Shown here one piece after another: positions 1 through 10,140 of a DNA stretch of 64,000 nt. The translations under genes and the position numbers were made by a program. The notes below the pieces were generated by a model. It worked only from the letters and a program-made list of their open reading frames with translations. It did no database searches and was not told the DNA's origin. Each line of letters starts with the position of its first letter. Position 1 is the stretch's first letter. Source of the DNA: Candidatus Hydrogenedentota bacterium (GTDB taxonomy: Bacteria > Hydrogenedentota > Hydrogenedentia > Hydrogenedentales > SLHB01); the NCBI GenBank assembly GCA_045863295.1, contig BTWA01000013.1, forward strand, positions 64,001 to 128,000, written 5' to 3'.

Positions 1-1
1 G

Positions 2-556
2 ATCGACATACAGGCCAAGAATGTTGTGGGGCGCGAAGAGACCATATCGACGTGTCAGTTAGATTTTGTGGTGGCGCAGCGATTTGGGCTTACGTACGTT
101 GCGCGCGACGGATCGCATCAGGTGCCCTACATTATTCACCGGGCGCCTCTGGGTACACACGAACGGATGATATCGTTTTTGATTGAAATGTACGGCGGCG
201 CGTTTCCCACGTGGATGGCACCGGTTCAAGTTTGTATCGTGCCGGTGAAGGATTCGTGCATGGCGTATGCGCACGAGTTGCGCGAATTGCTGCACGGAAA
301 TCTATTCCGGGTAGACGTTGACGAAAGCGACGAATCGTTCAACAAGAAGATCCGCAATGCGGTGACGCAAAAGATACCCAACATTTGGGTTATCGGAGAG
401 CGCGAAGTCGAGGAACGAAAAGTGACTTGGCGGCGTTACTGTATAAAGGAACAGATCGCCGTGGGTATTGATAAGGCCGTGGCGGCGTTACGGGTTTTGC
501 GCGGTAACCGGTTGATGGATAACTTTCCCGATGTGGCGATACCGGACGTATCCTAG
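2..556 (+). CDS. thrS: Threonyl-tRNA synthetase, C-terminal part (truncated by window start)
   Basis: Frame open from base 2 (IDIQAKNVVGREETISTCQLDF); IIHRAPLGTHER motif 3, GAFPTWMAPVQV and anticodon-binding domain. Confidence 0.95.
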   Translation: MDIQAKNVVGREETISTCQLDFVVAQRFGLTYVARDGSHQVPYIIHRAPLGTHERMISFLIEMYGGAFPTWMAPVQVCIVPVKDSCMAYAHELRELLHGNLFRVDVDESDESFNKKIRNAVTQKIPNIWVIGEREVEERKVTWRRYCIKEQIAVGIDKAVAALRVLRGNRLMDNFPDVAIPDVS

Positions 557-559
557 CTT

Positions 560-2521
560 ATGAGCGCCGCGGGCGCGAAAACGCTTCCGTTGCTGGAGCT
601 CCTCGCCGTTATGGCGGAATGCCGGGAGGGCGACCGGCGTGAGGGCCTTCTGCTGCGTCAGAACCGGGGCTGGTTTCATGTGGCGGCAACGGGGCACGAG
701 GCGTTGGCCGCAGCCGCCTATTGTCTTGAGCCGGATGACATGTTGTGGCTCTATTACCGCGACAAGCCCATCGCGATGGCACGCGGGGCATCCAGCTACG
801 ATGCGGCGCTTGGGTACTACGCCAAAGAGGCATCCAGTTCCGGCGGCCGGATGATGCCGAGTCACTTCAGCAGCCCTTCACTCGGCATTGTCAGTGTGGC
901 GACGACAACGGGCACGCAGTGCGTTCCGGCGGCGGGAACCGCGTGGGCTTTCAAACTGGCGGGCAAATCGAACGTGGCGTTGTGCACCATCGGCGACGCT
1001 TCGACGCGCCAGGGCGAGTTCTTTGAGGCGCTCGCATTTGCGCTTCAGGAAAAGCTGCCGGTTGTTTTTCTGGTGGAAGACAACCATTACGGTATCAGCA
1101 CGCCGACTGCCCACATGACTCCCTTTGCCATTGGCGCGCTGTCCAGCGATTGCCTCGTGCATGTAAATGGGCGAGATGCGATTGAGGTCTACGAGAAGTG
1201 TCTGTGTGCCGTTGACAAGGCGCGCGCGGGTCACGGTCCCACAGTGTTGTGGTGCGATCTAGATCGGTTGGCCTCGCATACGAGCTCCGATGATCAGCGC
1301 GTGTATCGAGCCTTGGATGAACTGGTAGCGGCGACGCACCGGGACCCGCTGGATTTGCTGGCCAATAGGTTGATTGCCGAGGGTCAATTCGCGCCCGAGG
1401 CGTGGGCAGTGCTGCAAAAGGACATTCGCGCGCGCGTGGACGATGCGTACCAGCAAGCGGACACGCAGGCCGATCCGGTTGATGTGGAGACTTACTTGTA
1501 CGGCACCTGCGAAGCGCCGCCCTTTCCTTTTGACCCGCCCGCGGAACCGACGACGATGGTTGCACTGATCAATCAGACCTTGCGGGCCGCCCTGCAGAGC
1601 AATGAGCGGATGGTGATGTTCGGGGAGGATATTGCGGATCCCAAAGGCGGGGTGTTTGGTTTTACCAAGGGGTTGTCTTCGGCGTTTCCGGATCGCGTAT
1701 TCAATTCGCCGCTTGCGGAGGCCACGATAGTGGGCGCGGCGGTGGGCCTTGCGACGGCGGGCATGCGTCCGGTGTTTGAGATTCAATTTGTTGATTTCAT
1801 TACACCCGCGTTGAATCAGTTGATCAATCAAGTGGCAAACATGCGCTGGCGGTCGAAGGGCGAGTGGGCATGTCCCATGGTGTTGATGGCGCCTTACGGG
1901 GCGTATTTACCGGCGGGTGGCATCTGGCACAGTCAGTGCAACGAAGGCGTGTTCGCGCATTTTCCGGGCATTCGCGTGGCGATACCGCACACGCCGGAAG
2001 ATGCGGCGGGCTTGTTGTGGTCGGCGATACACGGCGACGACCCCACGCTTTTTCTGATTCCCAAGCATCTATTTCGTCAAAGGCACGCGATTTCGTCCCT
2101 TGAGGCCGTACCGTTTGGCCGGGCGGTTGTCCGGCGAGACGGAGAAGACGTGACGCTGGTCTCGTGGGGCAACTGTCTTGAATTGTGTTTCGAGGCCGCG
2201 CGGAATTTGAGCGAGAACGGCATCGAAGCGGAAATCATCGATTTGCGGACAATCGTCCCGTGCGACTGGAGCGCCATCGAGGCGAGCCTGACGAAGACCG
2301 GGCGTCTGGTTGTCGTTCATGAGGACAATCGCACGTGCGGTTTTGGCCAGGCGATCATCGCGGAGGCGACAACGCGCGCGTCCATGTGGAATCAACTGTT
2401 GGCACAGCCGCAATTGGTGGCCCGCACAGACACGCCGGTGCCGTACAATCCCGCGCTTGAGTATGCGGCGTTGCCGGACGTGACGCAGATTGTCGACGCG
2501 GTCCAACAAACGCTGGAGTGA
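560..2521 (+). CDS. 2-oxoacid (probably branched-chain) dehydrogenase E1, fused alpha/beta subunits
   Basis: TPP motif GDASTRQGEFFE...VEDN, HTSSDD loop, beta-type FGEDI..GGVF, FNSPLAE, EIQFVDF, IIDLRTI. Confidence 0.9.
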   Translation: MSAAGAKTLPLLELLAVMAECREGDRREGLLLRQNRGWFHVAATGHEALAAAAYCLEPDDMLWLYYRDKPIAMARGASSYDAALGYYAKEASSSGGRMMPSHFSSPSLGIVSVATTTGTQCVPAAGTAWAFKLAGKSNVALCTIGDASTRQGEFFEALAFALQEKLPVVFLVEDNHYGISTPTAHMTPFAIGALSSDCLVHVNGRDAIEVYEKCLCAVDKARAGHGPTVLWCDLDRLASHTSSDDQRVYRALDELVAATHRDPLDLLANRLIAEGQFAPEAWAVLQKDIRARVDDAYQQADTQADPVDVETYLYGTCEAPPFPFDPPAEPTTMVALINQTLRAALQSNERMVMFGEDIADPKGGVFGFTKGLSSAFPDRVFNSPLAEATIVGAAVGLATAGMRPVFEIQFVDFITPALNQLINQVANMRWRSKGEWACPMVLMAPYGAYLPAGGIWHSQCNEGVFAHFPGIRVAIPHTPEDAAGLLWSAIHGDDPTLFLIPKHLFRQRHAISSLEAVPFGRAVVRRDGEDVTLVSWGNCLELCFEAARNLSENGIEAEIIDLRTIVPCDWSAIEASLTKTGRLVVVHEDNRTCGFGQAIIAEATTRASMWNQLLAQPQLVARTDTPVPYNPALEYAALPDVTQIVDAVQQTLE

Positions 2522-2525
2522 ACTT

Positions 2526-3713
2526 GTGGCTACGCTTGAATTGAGAGTGCCGCAATTGGGCGAGGGGCTGGTAGAGGTTCGAATCGTTCAGTTGCTGAAG
2601 AAGCCTGGTGACGAAGTCGATCGGGACGAACCGCTGTACACCATGGAAACGGACAAGGCGGAGGTCGATATAGAAAGTCCGGCGCTGGGCGTGCTGACGG
2701 AATGGTTTGTCGAGGCGAACACGATTGTCCCCGTAGGTACGGTGGTGGCTCATATGGAAGCAAAGGAGGCCGTGCCTTCGGCGGGGGTTTCATTCCGTAC
2801 TGTGCCGGATGCCAAGGCGGGATCTGGAGTGAAAGCCGGAGACGATGCCGGACCCCGCAATGCGGTCATCCCTCCGCGCACCCGCGCCTATGCGCGTTCG
2901 AAAGGTCTCACGATTCAGGAAGTCGAAAGCATACCGGCTGGCGGGGCCAAGCTGATGCCCGACGATGTCGATGCCTATCTCGCGCGCAAGGCGATGGCAA
3001 ACGGTACCGGCGTCGAGTACGACGAAGTACCTATGTCGGCGCGGCAACGGACACTTTTTTACCGGTTGTCGCATGGGTCCGCGCAGGTGGTTCCGGGAAC
3101 GATAGAAGTACCGGTTTCGTGGGAGCCGGTAGAGCGTGTGTACGCCCGTTTCGCCGATGGTGATACCCCCAAGGCCGATCGGCCTTCGCGGTTTATGCTG
3201 GTAGCCTGGGCCGCCGCGCAGGCGGTAAAGGAGTTCGACACTTTTCGTTCCACGATACAGGACGTCAACACGCTTCGCCGATATAAGCATGTGAACATTG
3301 GCATCGCGGTGGCGCTGCCAGACGATGAGTTGGTGACAGCGCTGGTGCAACGTGCGGATGCGTTGCCGTTTGACGCGTTTGCGCGAGAGGCGCGGGCGCG
3401 CATTGACGAAGCGCGAGAAGGACACGATCAGGCCCACCGGGCCGTGGTGCATCTTTCCATTACGGGATTGCACCGGTATGGCATCCGCAGTGCGGTACCG
3501 GTGGTGGTGCCTCCCTCCGTGGCGACGCTTTTCGTGGGCGCGCCGTATGACGCCCCGGTTCTGCGGGATGGCGTTATTGTATTGCAGAAAACGGTGAATC
3601 TCGCTCTAACCTTCGATCACCGCATAATTAATGGCGCGGGCGCGGCCAGTTTCTTAAATCATGTCGTGGAAAAGATCGGAAAACTTGACGACGCCGGTCC
3701 GGGACAATGCTGA
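2526..3713 (+). CDS. Dihydrolipoamide acyltransferase E2
   Basis: GTG start after E1 stop; lipoyl domain (VPQLGEG, METDKA), E3-binding-like segment, catalytic FDHRIING. Confidence 0.9.
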   Translation: MATLELRVPQLGEGLVEVRIVQLLKKPGDEVDRDEPLYTMETDKAEVDIESPALGVLTEWFVEANTIVPVGTVVAHMEAKEAVPSAGVSFRTVPDAKAGSGVKAGDDAGPRNAVIPPRTRAYARSKGLTIQEVESIPAGGAKLMPDDVDAYLARKAMANGTGVEYDEVPMSARQRTLFYRLSHGSAQVVPGTIEVPVSWEPVERVYARFADGDTPKADRPSRFMLVAWAAAQAVKEFDTFRSTIQDVNTLRRYKHVNIGIAVALPDDELVTALVQRADALPFDAFAREARARIDEAREGHDQAHRAVVHLSITGLHRYGIRSAVPVVVPPSVATLFVGAPYDAPVLRDGVIVLQKTVNLALTFDHRIINGAGAASFLNHVVEKIGKLDDAGPGQC

Positions 3714-3716
3714 AGG

Positions 3717-4457
3717 CTATTCCTTTACCGCGTTGAAATACTTTCGATGGCGCGCAAGAAACTGGTCGACGAACGCCGTCATGGGTTTGTTGAGTATTTC
3801 ATCCGGCGAACCGATTTGTTGGCATATCCCTTCGTGAAATACGGCTATGCGGTCAGCCATTTCGAGCGCTTCTTCCTGATCGTGCGTTACGTAGACGGTG
3901 GTAATGGCAAGGCGCCTTTGCAACTCCGCGAGTTGCGTGCGCGTGGCGTAGCGCAATTCGGCGTCGAGGTTGCTCAAGGGCTCATCCAATAGGAGAATTC
4001 CGGGGCGTACTGCCAGCGATCGGGCAAGGGCGACGCGTTGTTGTTGTCCGCCGCTCAGTTGCGTTACGGGCCTGCGGATAACCTGCCTTAGCTGTACAAG
4101 GTCCAGCGTTTCTTCCACGCGATGTTGAATTTCGTTCTTCGGCAACTTGCGGGCTTTCAATCCGAATGCCACGTTTTCAAACACTGTCATGTGTGGAAAA
4201 AGTGCGTAGCTCTGAAACACCAGGGTGGCGTTTCGTTTCTCGGGGGGCACGTCGGTGACGTCGACGCTGTCGAAGTAGAGTTTCCCGCTATCCGGTATTT
4301 CAAGTCCCGCGAGCAAGCGTAAGGTTGTTGTTTTGCCGCATCCGCTTGGGCCTAGCAGGGCGAAAAACTCGCCTTGGGCGATCTGGCACGTGAATTCCTT
4401 GATGCCGCCGCCTTCGGGATAGACCTTGCGCAGGCCTTCGCATCGCACGGCGCTCAT
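3717..4457 (-). CDS. ABC transporter ATP-binding protein (Fe3+/polyamine-like)
   Basis: Walker A GPSGCGKTT, LSGGQQQR, LLLDEPLSNLD, VTHDQEEA; ATGA overlap with upstream gene. Confidence 0.92.
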   Translation of the reverse strand: MSAVRCEGLRKVYPEGGGIKEFTCQIAQGEFFALLGPSGCGKTTTLRLLAGLEIPDSGKLYFDSVDVTDVPPEKRNATLVFQSYALFPHMTVFENVAFGLKARKLPKNEIQHRVEETLDLVQLRQVIRRPVTQLSGGQQQRVALARSLAVRPGILLLDEPLSNLDAELRYATRTQLAELQRRLAITTVYVTHDQEEALEMADRIAVFHEGICQQIGSPDEILNKPMTAFVDQFLARHRKYFNAVKE

Positions 4458-5446
4458 GGTCCGGAGAACACCTCGCGGTCCCATCGATCAAACCACCGGT
4501 CCTGATTTGCGGCGAATGATTTCCAGTCAATGTTCATGGGCTTCCATGTCTGGTTTGTCATCCATGCGGGGAGTTGCGCGGAATCGATGTCGGCGCGCGC
4601 GGGCGTTTTCGCATAGGCCTCCCCCTGATGAATCAGCGCGTCCGGCGTGGTGACAAAATCGTAAACGAGTTTTGCACCGGCCGGATTGGGGGCGCCGCTG
4701 ACAATGGCGATGCCTTCGGTCAACAGGGGCGTGTCTTCCGGAATGATCCACGCAAAGGGATATCCGTGCCGGTCGCGTTGGAGTGCAAGATCAGGCATCA
4801 ACCAAACCGAGATCAATTCCGGATTGCGTTTGACATGATCGTACAGTAACTGTGGATTTTCCATATAGTCTTTGGTGTTTTCGTGGAACTTACTGAGCCA
4901 CGCGATTCCCTCGTCTTCCGATGGGGCACGCATGATCATTGCTCCGATAAACGTTCGCAGCGTACCGGATCGATGCGGTTTGCGAAGTGTGATTTTGTTC
5001 TTCCATTTGGGATCCAAAAGGTCGTCCCATGTCTGAGGCACATCTTCCGGTTCGTAGTGACGGTTGTTGTACAGGATGCACAAGGGCGACTTGTACGTGC
5101 CAATCCATTTATTCTCGAGGTCTTTGTACTCCGCGTCTACGGCATCGGCCCATGTGGGCGTATAGGGTTCCAGGAGGCCAGCCTCAGCCGCCTGCATGAA
5201 CATCGTGGAAGGGCCGCCCCACCACACGTCGCAATGCGGACGAGACTTTTCGTTCATAACGCGGGTGAACACCTCTTGCGCGCCCGCATCGTAGAATTGA
5301 AAGTCGATCTCCGGGTGCGCCGCTTCGAAGCGCTGTTCGTAGTCACGCAAGACATCGGGCCCGTGCGGGCTGTATACCATGACGACCTCTTTCGACGAGC
5401 AACCCAATGCGGCTATTGCCATGACTGTAACGAGCCATCGTTTCAT
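4454..5446 (-). CDS. ABC transporter solute-binding lipoprotein (AfuA/FbpA-like)
   Basis: Lipobox AALGC; DVWWGG, PQTWDDLLDPKWK, GIAIVSGAPNP typical of Fe3+/sugar-phosphate binding proteins. Confidence 0.85.
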   Translation of the reverse strand: MKRWLVTVMAIAALGCSSKEVVMVYSPHGPDVLRDYEQRFEAAHPEIDFQFYDAGAQEVFTRVMNEKSRPHCDVWWGGPSTMFMQAAEAGLLEPYTPTWADAVDAEYKDLENKWIGTYKSPLCILYNNRHYEPEDVPQTWDDLLDPKWKNKITLRKPHRSGTLRTFIGAMIMRAPSEDEGIAWLSKFHENTKDYMENPQLLYDHVKRNPELISVWLMPDLALQRDRHGYPFAWIIPEDTPLLTEGIAIVSGAPNPAGAKLVYDFVTTPDALIHQGEAYAKTPARADIDSAQLPAWMTNQTWKPMNIDWKSFAANQDRWFDRWDREVFSGP

Positions 5447-6678
5447 GGGAGGCCAACCGCACGTTTCAGTGATTCGAGTGACGGGTCAATATCGTGTGGT
5501 TTTGCAACGTGATCGCGAATGGCATCGAGGTCCTTTATGCCGGTGCCGGTCACGATGCAAGCGATCCGTGTGCTGGACGTGATGTCAGGCAAGTGCCGCA
5601 TGGCCGCGATCACCCCCGCGCACGTCGGTTCGCACAAGATGCCTTCAGACCTCGCCAATTCAAGTTCGCCCGCGAGGATGGCATCGTCGTCAATGGCAAT
5701 GGCAGCGCCGTTCGTCGTGCGGATCGCGGGCAACACGGTGTGGCCGTCGAAAATAATGTCGTCCGCGATGCCGCCCGCAATGGTCTTGGGATTGGGCCAT
5801 GGGTCTTTGAGGGTTTCCAAAAACGGGGTGTTGTTGTCGATAGCCTTCTTAAGCGGTGCGCAACCGGTTGCCTGCATACCCGCGAGGCGCGGAAGTTTTG
5901 AAATGAGGCCCAGGCGCTTGAGATCGAGCAGACCACGCCAAATGCCGCCGAGCAAGCCGCCGCCGCCCACCGCGGCGACAATCCAATCGGGCAAGTCGCC
6001 GTGGGTTTGACAAAACATTTCGTAAGCGATGGTCTTCGCGCCCTCGACGTTGTATGGGTTGTACATGCCCGCGGTCGAGAGGTGGTACCAGCCGAACGTG
6101 TCACAGGCTTCCACGCACAATTTGAATACGTCGCCGGCCGACGGCGAGGCCACACGCACGACGGTTGGTCCATAGGAGGCCGCCTGGGCCGTCTTGCCGG
6201 CGCCGGCCATGCCGTGCATGAACAGGACGGCGCGCATGCCGGCGCGCGCCGCAAAGGCTGCGGCAGCGCATGCCACGTTTCCGGAAGACACAACCGCGAC
6301 GGTATCGGAGCCTATTTCGCGCGCATGACTAATCCCCACGCTTACCTGCCGGTCCTTGAACGATCCCGTGGGGTTTCCGGTTTCGACTTTGAGGAGCACC
6401 TGTCCCGCCCCGATCGATTTTGCCAGCCGCGGTGCGTCGGTGAGGGGTGTAGCGCCTTCATTCAAAGACACAATGGAATCGTCCAAGTCCACGGGCAAAA
6501 GTTCACGGTACGACCATAGCGAGCGCGGAGGCGTCTCGAACAAAGATGCATTTACCTGGGCCGTGGCCTCGATGCTGAAAGGTTCGCCGCATGCGGGGCA
6601 GGCCATGAAATGCGGTTCCAGTGGCGCTGTGTTACCGCATCCATAGCACCGGAACCGAAATCTGTCGCGAAGAGACAT
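5443..6678 (-). CDS. thrC: Threonine synthase-family PLP enzyme
   Basis: N-terminal CxxC..CxxC, SLNEGATPL, NPTGSFKDR, SSGN, EGAKTIAYE, TGTGIKD. Confidence 0.8.
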   Translation of the reverse strand: MSLRDRFRFRCYGCGNTAPLEPHFMACPACGEPFSIEATAQVNASLFETPPRSLWSYRELLPVDLDDSIVSLNEGATPLTDAPRLAKSIGAGQVLLKVETGNPTGSFKDRQVSVGISHAREIGSDTVAVVSSGNVACAAAAFAARAGMRAVLFMHGMAGAGKTAQAASYGPTVVRVASPSAGDVFKLCVEACDTFGWYHLSTAGMYNPYNVEGAKTIAYEMFCQTHGDLPDWIVAAVGGGGLLGGIWRGLLDLKRLGLISKLPRLAGMQATGCAPLKKAIDNNTPFLETLKDPWPNPKTIAGGIADDIIFDGHTVLPAIRTTNGAAIAIDDDAILAGELELARSEGILCEPTCAGVIAAMRHLPDITSSTRIACIVTGTGIKDLDAIRDHVAKPHDIDPSLESLKRAVGLP

Positions 6679-6707
6679 GTCGAAATCCTTATTCTATCGA
6701 ACGTACG

Positions 6708-7103
6708 CTACAATCCCAGCGTGAGCATCGCATTGCGCAAATCCGTCCGGTCGATTGGCTTGGCCAGAAAGACTTCGGGCGGCGTCACGTTAAAACGATT
6801 GCCCATGGTTGCCGCATTGTGCTCCGAACCCAGTTCGAAATCATTTACGGAAGTCACCACAATGACTGGGATGGCGCCTGTGGCCGGATTCGTTCGCAGC
6901 GCTTGGAACACCTCGAAGCCGTTGAGCGTGGGCATTCGAATGTCGAGGACAATCGCATCGGGCGCGTGGTGCCCCGCGACATCAATGACTTCGTCGCCAT
7001 CATTCAATTCCAACGTCTGCCACCCGGCTTCATCAAAGACAGTAGCCACGAATTCCCGGACATCGGGGTCGTCGTCGACGATGAGTACTTTTTTGCCGTT
7101 CAT
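6708..7103 (-). CDS. Single-domain response regulator
   Basis: VLIVDDD, LDIRMP, VIVVTS, FLAKP. Confidence 0.88.
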   Translation of the reverse strand: MNGKKVLIVDDDPDVREFVATVFDEAGWQTLELNDGDEVIDVAGHHAPDAIVLDIRMPTLNGFEVFQALRTNPATGAIPVIVVTSVNDFELGSEHNAATMGNRFNVTPPEVFLAKPIDRTDLRNAMLTLGL

Positions 7104-7174
7104 GAGCCAAAACACCTTGCAATTGCGATTAGAGCAAGTATAGCGCCATGCGCGATCCGGTCCAACCCACGACG

Positions 7175-7879
7175 TTAGTCCCTGCGAAGAGACGTCACGA
7201 GCAGGCGTTTGTAAATCCGGTAGGAGTCCCGAAACTTGTTGAAATGAGAGGTCGGATTTCCGGTTTCGTATATCGTCTGAATCGGACAGGCGGCGACCTT
7301 ATACCCTTTGCGCACGGCGCGCACCAGGATTTCCATCTCGGTATCGTATCGTCCCCCCGGCACCGCACTCAGTATGTAATCGAGAAACGTACGGGAATGG
7401 AGGCGAAACCCGGACTGGGTATCCTGGACCTGCTGTCCAAGGAGGATTCCGGTGAGTCGGGCGGTGAGTTTGTTTCCCAGCCGGCTTCGTAACGGGACAT
7501 GCGCCTGGTCGAACGAGCGCGACCCAATCACGAGGTCCGCCTTTTGAGAATCGAAAACGTCGTATAACCGGGGTAGCTCTGCGGGGTCATGTTGCCCGTC
7601 CGCATCCAGAATGGCAACGCAGGTGACGGCCGAATCGGTGAGTGCTTCGCGAAAGCCCGCGATCATGGCAAAGCCCTTGCCTTGATTGGGCGACAAGTGG
7701 AGCACGCGTACAGGCAAATCGTGTAAGGATTGGGGGGCGCCGTCCGTGCTGCCATCGTCTACCACAATGATTGTGGGCAGCACCTGGAGGGCTTTCTCAA
7801 TCACCGGCCGTATTTTGTTGCCCGCGTTGTAACACGGGACCACGACCGCCAACGCTTGCTTCATCGAATCTTCGCCCAT
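7175..7879 (-). CDS. Glycosyltransferase family 2 (polyprenol-phosphate glycosyltransferase-like)
   Basis: VVVPCYN, VVDDGSTD, NQGKG, DADGQH, DTQSGFR. Confidence 0.9.
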   Translation of the reverse strand: MGEDSMKQALAVVVPCYNAGNKIRPVIEKALQVLPTIIVVDDGSTDGAPQSLHDLPVRVLHLSPNQGKGFAMIAGFREALTDSAVTCVAILDADGQHDPAELPRLYDVFDSQKADLVIGSRSFDQAHVPLRSRLGNKLTARLTGILLGQQVQDTQSGFRLHSRTFLDYILSAVPGGRYDTEMEILVRAVRKGYKVAACPIQTIYETGNPTSHFNKFRDSYRIYKRLLVTSLRRD

Positions 7880-8054
7880 ACGCCCTTCATCCGGTTACGC
7901 CGGTGCGCACTATAGCATGTGGGGCGGTGACAGCTTCCAGCGGGCATATCGCTTTTCACCGATACGGCTTCCTTTTGCGCGGTATTTCGGCTGTATGCCA
8001 TACTCTTCGCCTTGCTTCCTTGGGGGCATTACTTGTGATTTGGAGGTACCCGCC

Positions 8055-9395
8055 GTGAACCGACTTCGTCAATGGATTGCCGATGGGCTGGTGGACACTG
8101 TGATTGTCGCCGGCATTGATATGCAGGGCCGTCTTTACGGCAAGCGTTGCGTGGCCGATATATTTTTGCGCGACATGGCTGAAGGGGTGCATACGTGCGA
8201 CTGCAATTTTGGGTGGGATGTCGCCCGGATGCTCATCGACGGATTGGACTTCACGGGGTGGCACAAAGGCTACGGCGACATGACCATCAAGCCGGACTGG
8301 TCCACGCTTCGCCACTATGCCTGGTTTGACAAAACGGTACTGCTGATTGGCGACACTGTCGATCACCACGGGCATCCGGTAAGTGTCGCGCCGCGATCGG
8401 TCTTGCGCAAGCAGGTAGAAAAGGCGCGTGCGATGGGTTTTGAGGCCATGATGGCGCCCGAGGTTGAGTTTTTTCTTTTTCGCGAGACGCTGGAAAGTTC
8501 GCGGAAGAAGGACTACCGCGATTTGCAGCCGATGTCGGAGTACATATCCGACTATTGCGTTTTCCGTTCTTCGATGGACGAATGGATTATCGGGCAGATG
8601 CGCCGAAAACTCACGGAATCCAACGTCGAGGTGGAAAGTTATAAAGCGGAGTGGGGTTTTGGCCAATGCGAAATGAATTTGCGGTACACCCATGCGCTGG
8701 AGATGGCCGATCGCCACGTAGTGTACAAACATGCGATCCGCGAGATAGCGGCATTAAATCAATGTCAGGCCACGTTTATGGCGAAGTGGGATTCGAAGCA
8801 TTCCGGAAACGGATCGCACGTGCATGTGAGTCTTTGGGAAGGCGAACGGCCCGCGTTTCCGGGCAATGGTCCCCATGGCATGTCCGATACGGCGCGGCAT
8901 TTCATGGGCGGTATGATGCATTTGGCGAAAGATCTGCAATTGTTTTGCGCCCCGACTATCAATTCGTACAAGCGGTATGAAGACTTGTCGTTTGCGCCTA
9001 CTACCATCACCTGGGGTGGCGACAACCGTACCACGGCGTTCCGCATTGCCGGCCATGGCAATTCCATGCGAATAGAGAACCGGATTCCTGGGTCGGATGC
9101 ATGTGCGCATCTATTGTACGGGGCGATGTTGGGGGCTGGCCTTTACGGTATCGAACACAAGCTCGAACCGATCGGACCGTTCGTCCAGGCCAACGCGTAT
9201 ATTGAAACGGACGCACCGAAATTGAACCGGACGCTCGAACAGACGGCCCTGGCGATGGAGCAAAGCAAAGCCGCTCGCAGGATTCTGGGCGACGACGTGG
9301 TCGATCACTACGTGCGCGTGGCGCGGTGGGAAGTGGAGGAGTACAACAAGCACGTTACGGATTGGGAACGCAGACGGTATTTCGAGTTGATCTAA
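8055..9395 (+). CDS. Glutamine synthetase-like gamma-glutamyl-amine synthetase (GlnA4/PuuA-like)
   Basis: GGAGG RBS before GTG 8055; DMQGRLYGKR, PEVEFFLF, GNGSHVHVSL, WGGDNRT, RIENRIPG, VTDWERRRYF. Confidence 0.85.
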   Translation: MNRLRQWIADGLVDTVIVAGIDMQGRLYGKRCVADIFLRDMAEGVHTCDCNFGWDVARMLIDGLDFTGWHKGYGDMTIKPDWSTLRHYAWFDKTVLLIGDTVDHHGHPVSVAPRSVLRKQVEKARAMGFEAMMAPEVEFFLFRETLESSRKKDYRDLQPMSEYISDYCVFRSSMDEWIIGQMRRKLTESNVEVESYKAEWGFGQCEMNLRYTHALEMADRHVVYKHAIREIAALNQCQATFMAKWDSKHSGNGSHVHVSLWEGERPAFPGNGPHGMSDTARHFMGGMMHLAKDLQLFCAPTINSYKRYEDLSFAPTTITWGGDNRTTAFRIAGHGNSMRIENRIPGSDACAHLLYGAMLGAGLYGIEHKLEPIGPFVQANAYIETDAPKLNRTLEQTALAMEQSKAARRILGDDVVDHYVRVARWEVEEYNKHVTDWERRRYFELI

Positions 9396-9410
9396 TGCCG
9401 TCGTCGCGGC

Positions 9411-10112
9411 ATGCGTTTCAATGACAGAGGGGGCACTCTTCCCGTCGTGGCGAACACTGAATCCGACACACCGGTTGGCACACTAGCCGCGCCGTTGGCC
9501 AAGGTGCGCCGCTGGCGGCGGCTGGGGTGCGTGACTGCGGTATCGCCGGCGGTTGCGATAGCGCTGCTGGCTTGTTTCGAAGCGCTGTATGTGGCAACGC
9601 GGAGCGGCCTGCCGCTGACCGATCAAGACAAGGGGATTTTGCTCTATTCAGCAACGCTGGAGTCCAAGGGGTTCAAGTTCGATCATCGAGAAACCTTCGA
9701 AGATATCGAAAAGGAGCGGCGGTTCTTTGGATTGCTTCACCGGTTGGAGTACGAGTTCCATCCCCCGAAGACCAGCTATCCATTTCTGGATATTTACGAG
9801 ACCGTGTATGTCTGCCACTGGCCGTTGCCTGTGCGTTGGGTGATGCGGATACACGATCGCCGGGTGATACAGGCGTACGACGACGACGATACGGAAATCG
9901 TGCCTCATAACGCGTTTTTTCAATTTGGAGACGAGTCCACGTTTTACGACATTTATGACGAGAGCCGCAAGGTGGGTCACTACATGCATGCCCGCCTGGG
10001 TGACAAGTCGTTTGCACTGGGGGTCGTGGGCGTCGTATGCGAAACGCCCGAGGAATGGGAGGCGCTGATCGGCTCCCGTCTTGCGCTGTTTGAAACCTAC
10101 CGCCCGGAATAG
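9411..10112 (+). CDS. Hypothetical membrane-anchored protein
   Basis: ORF fills the gap between GS-like gene and SDR; one N-terminal hydrophobic segment; start uncertain. Confidence 0.6.
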   Translation: MRFNDRGGTLPVVANTESDTPVGTLAAPLAKVRRWRRLGCVTAVSPAVAIALLACFEALYVATRSGLPLTDQDKGILLYSATLESKGFKFDHRETFEDIEKERRFFGLLHRLEYEFHPPKTSYPFLDIYETVYVCHWPLPVRWVMRIHDRRVIQAYDDDDTEIVPHNAFFQFGDESTFYDIYDESRKVGHYMHARLGDKSFALGVVGVVCETPEEWEALIGSRLALFETYRPE

Positions 10113-10140
10113 GGCGATGCAGCATAGAAAGGACATAGTC

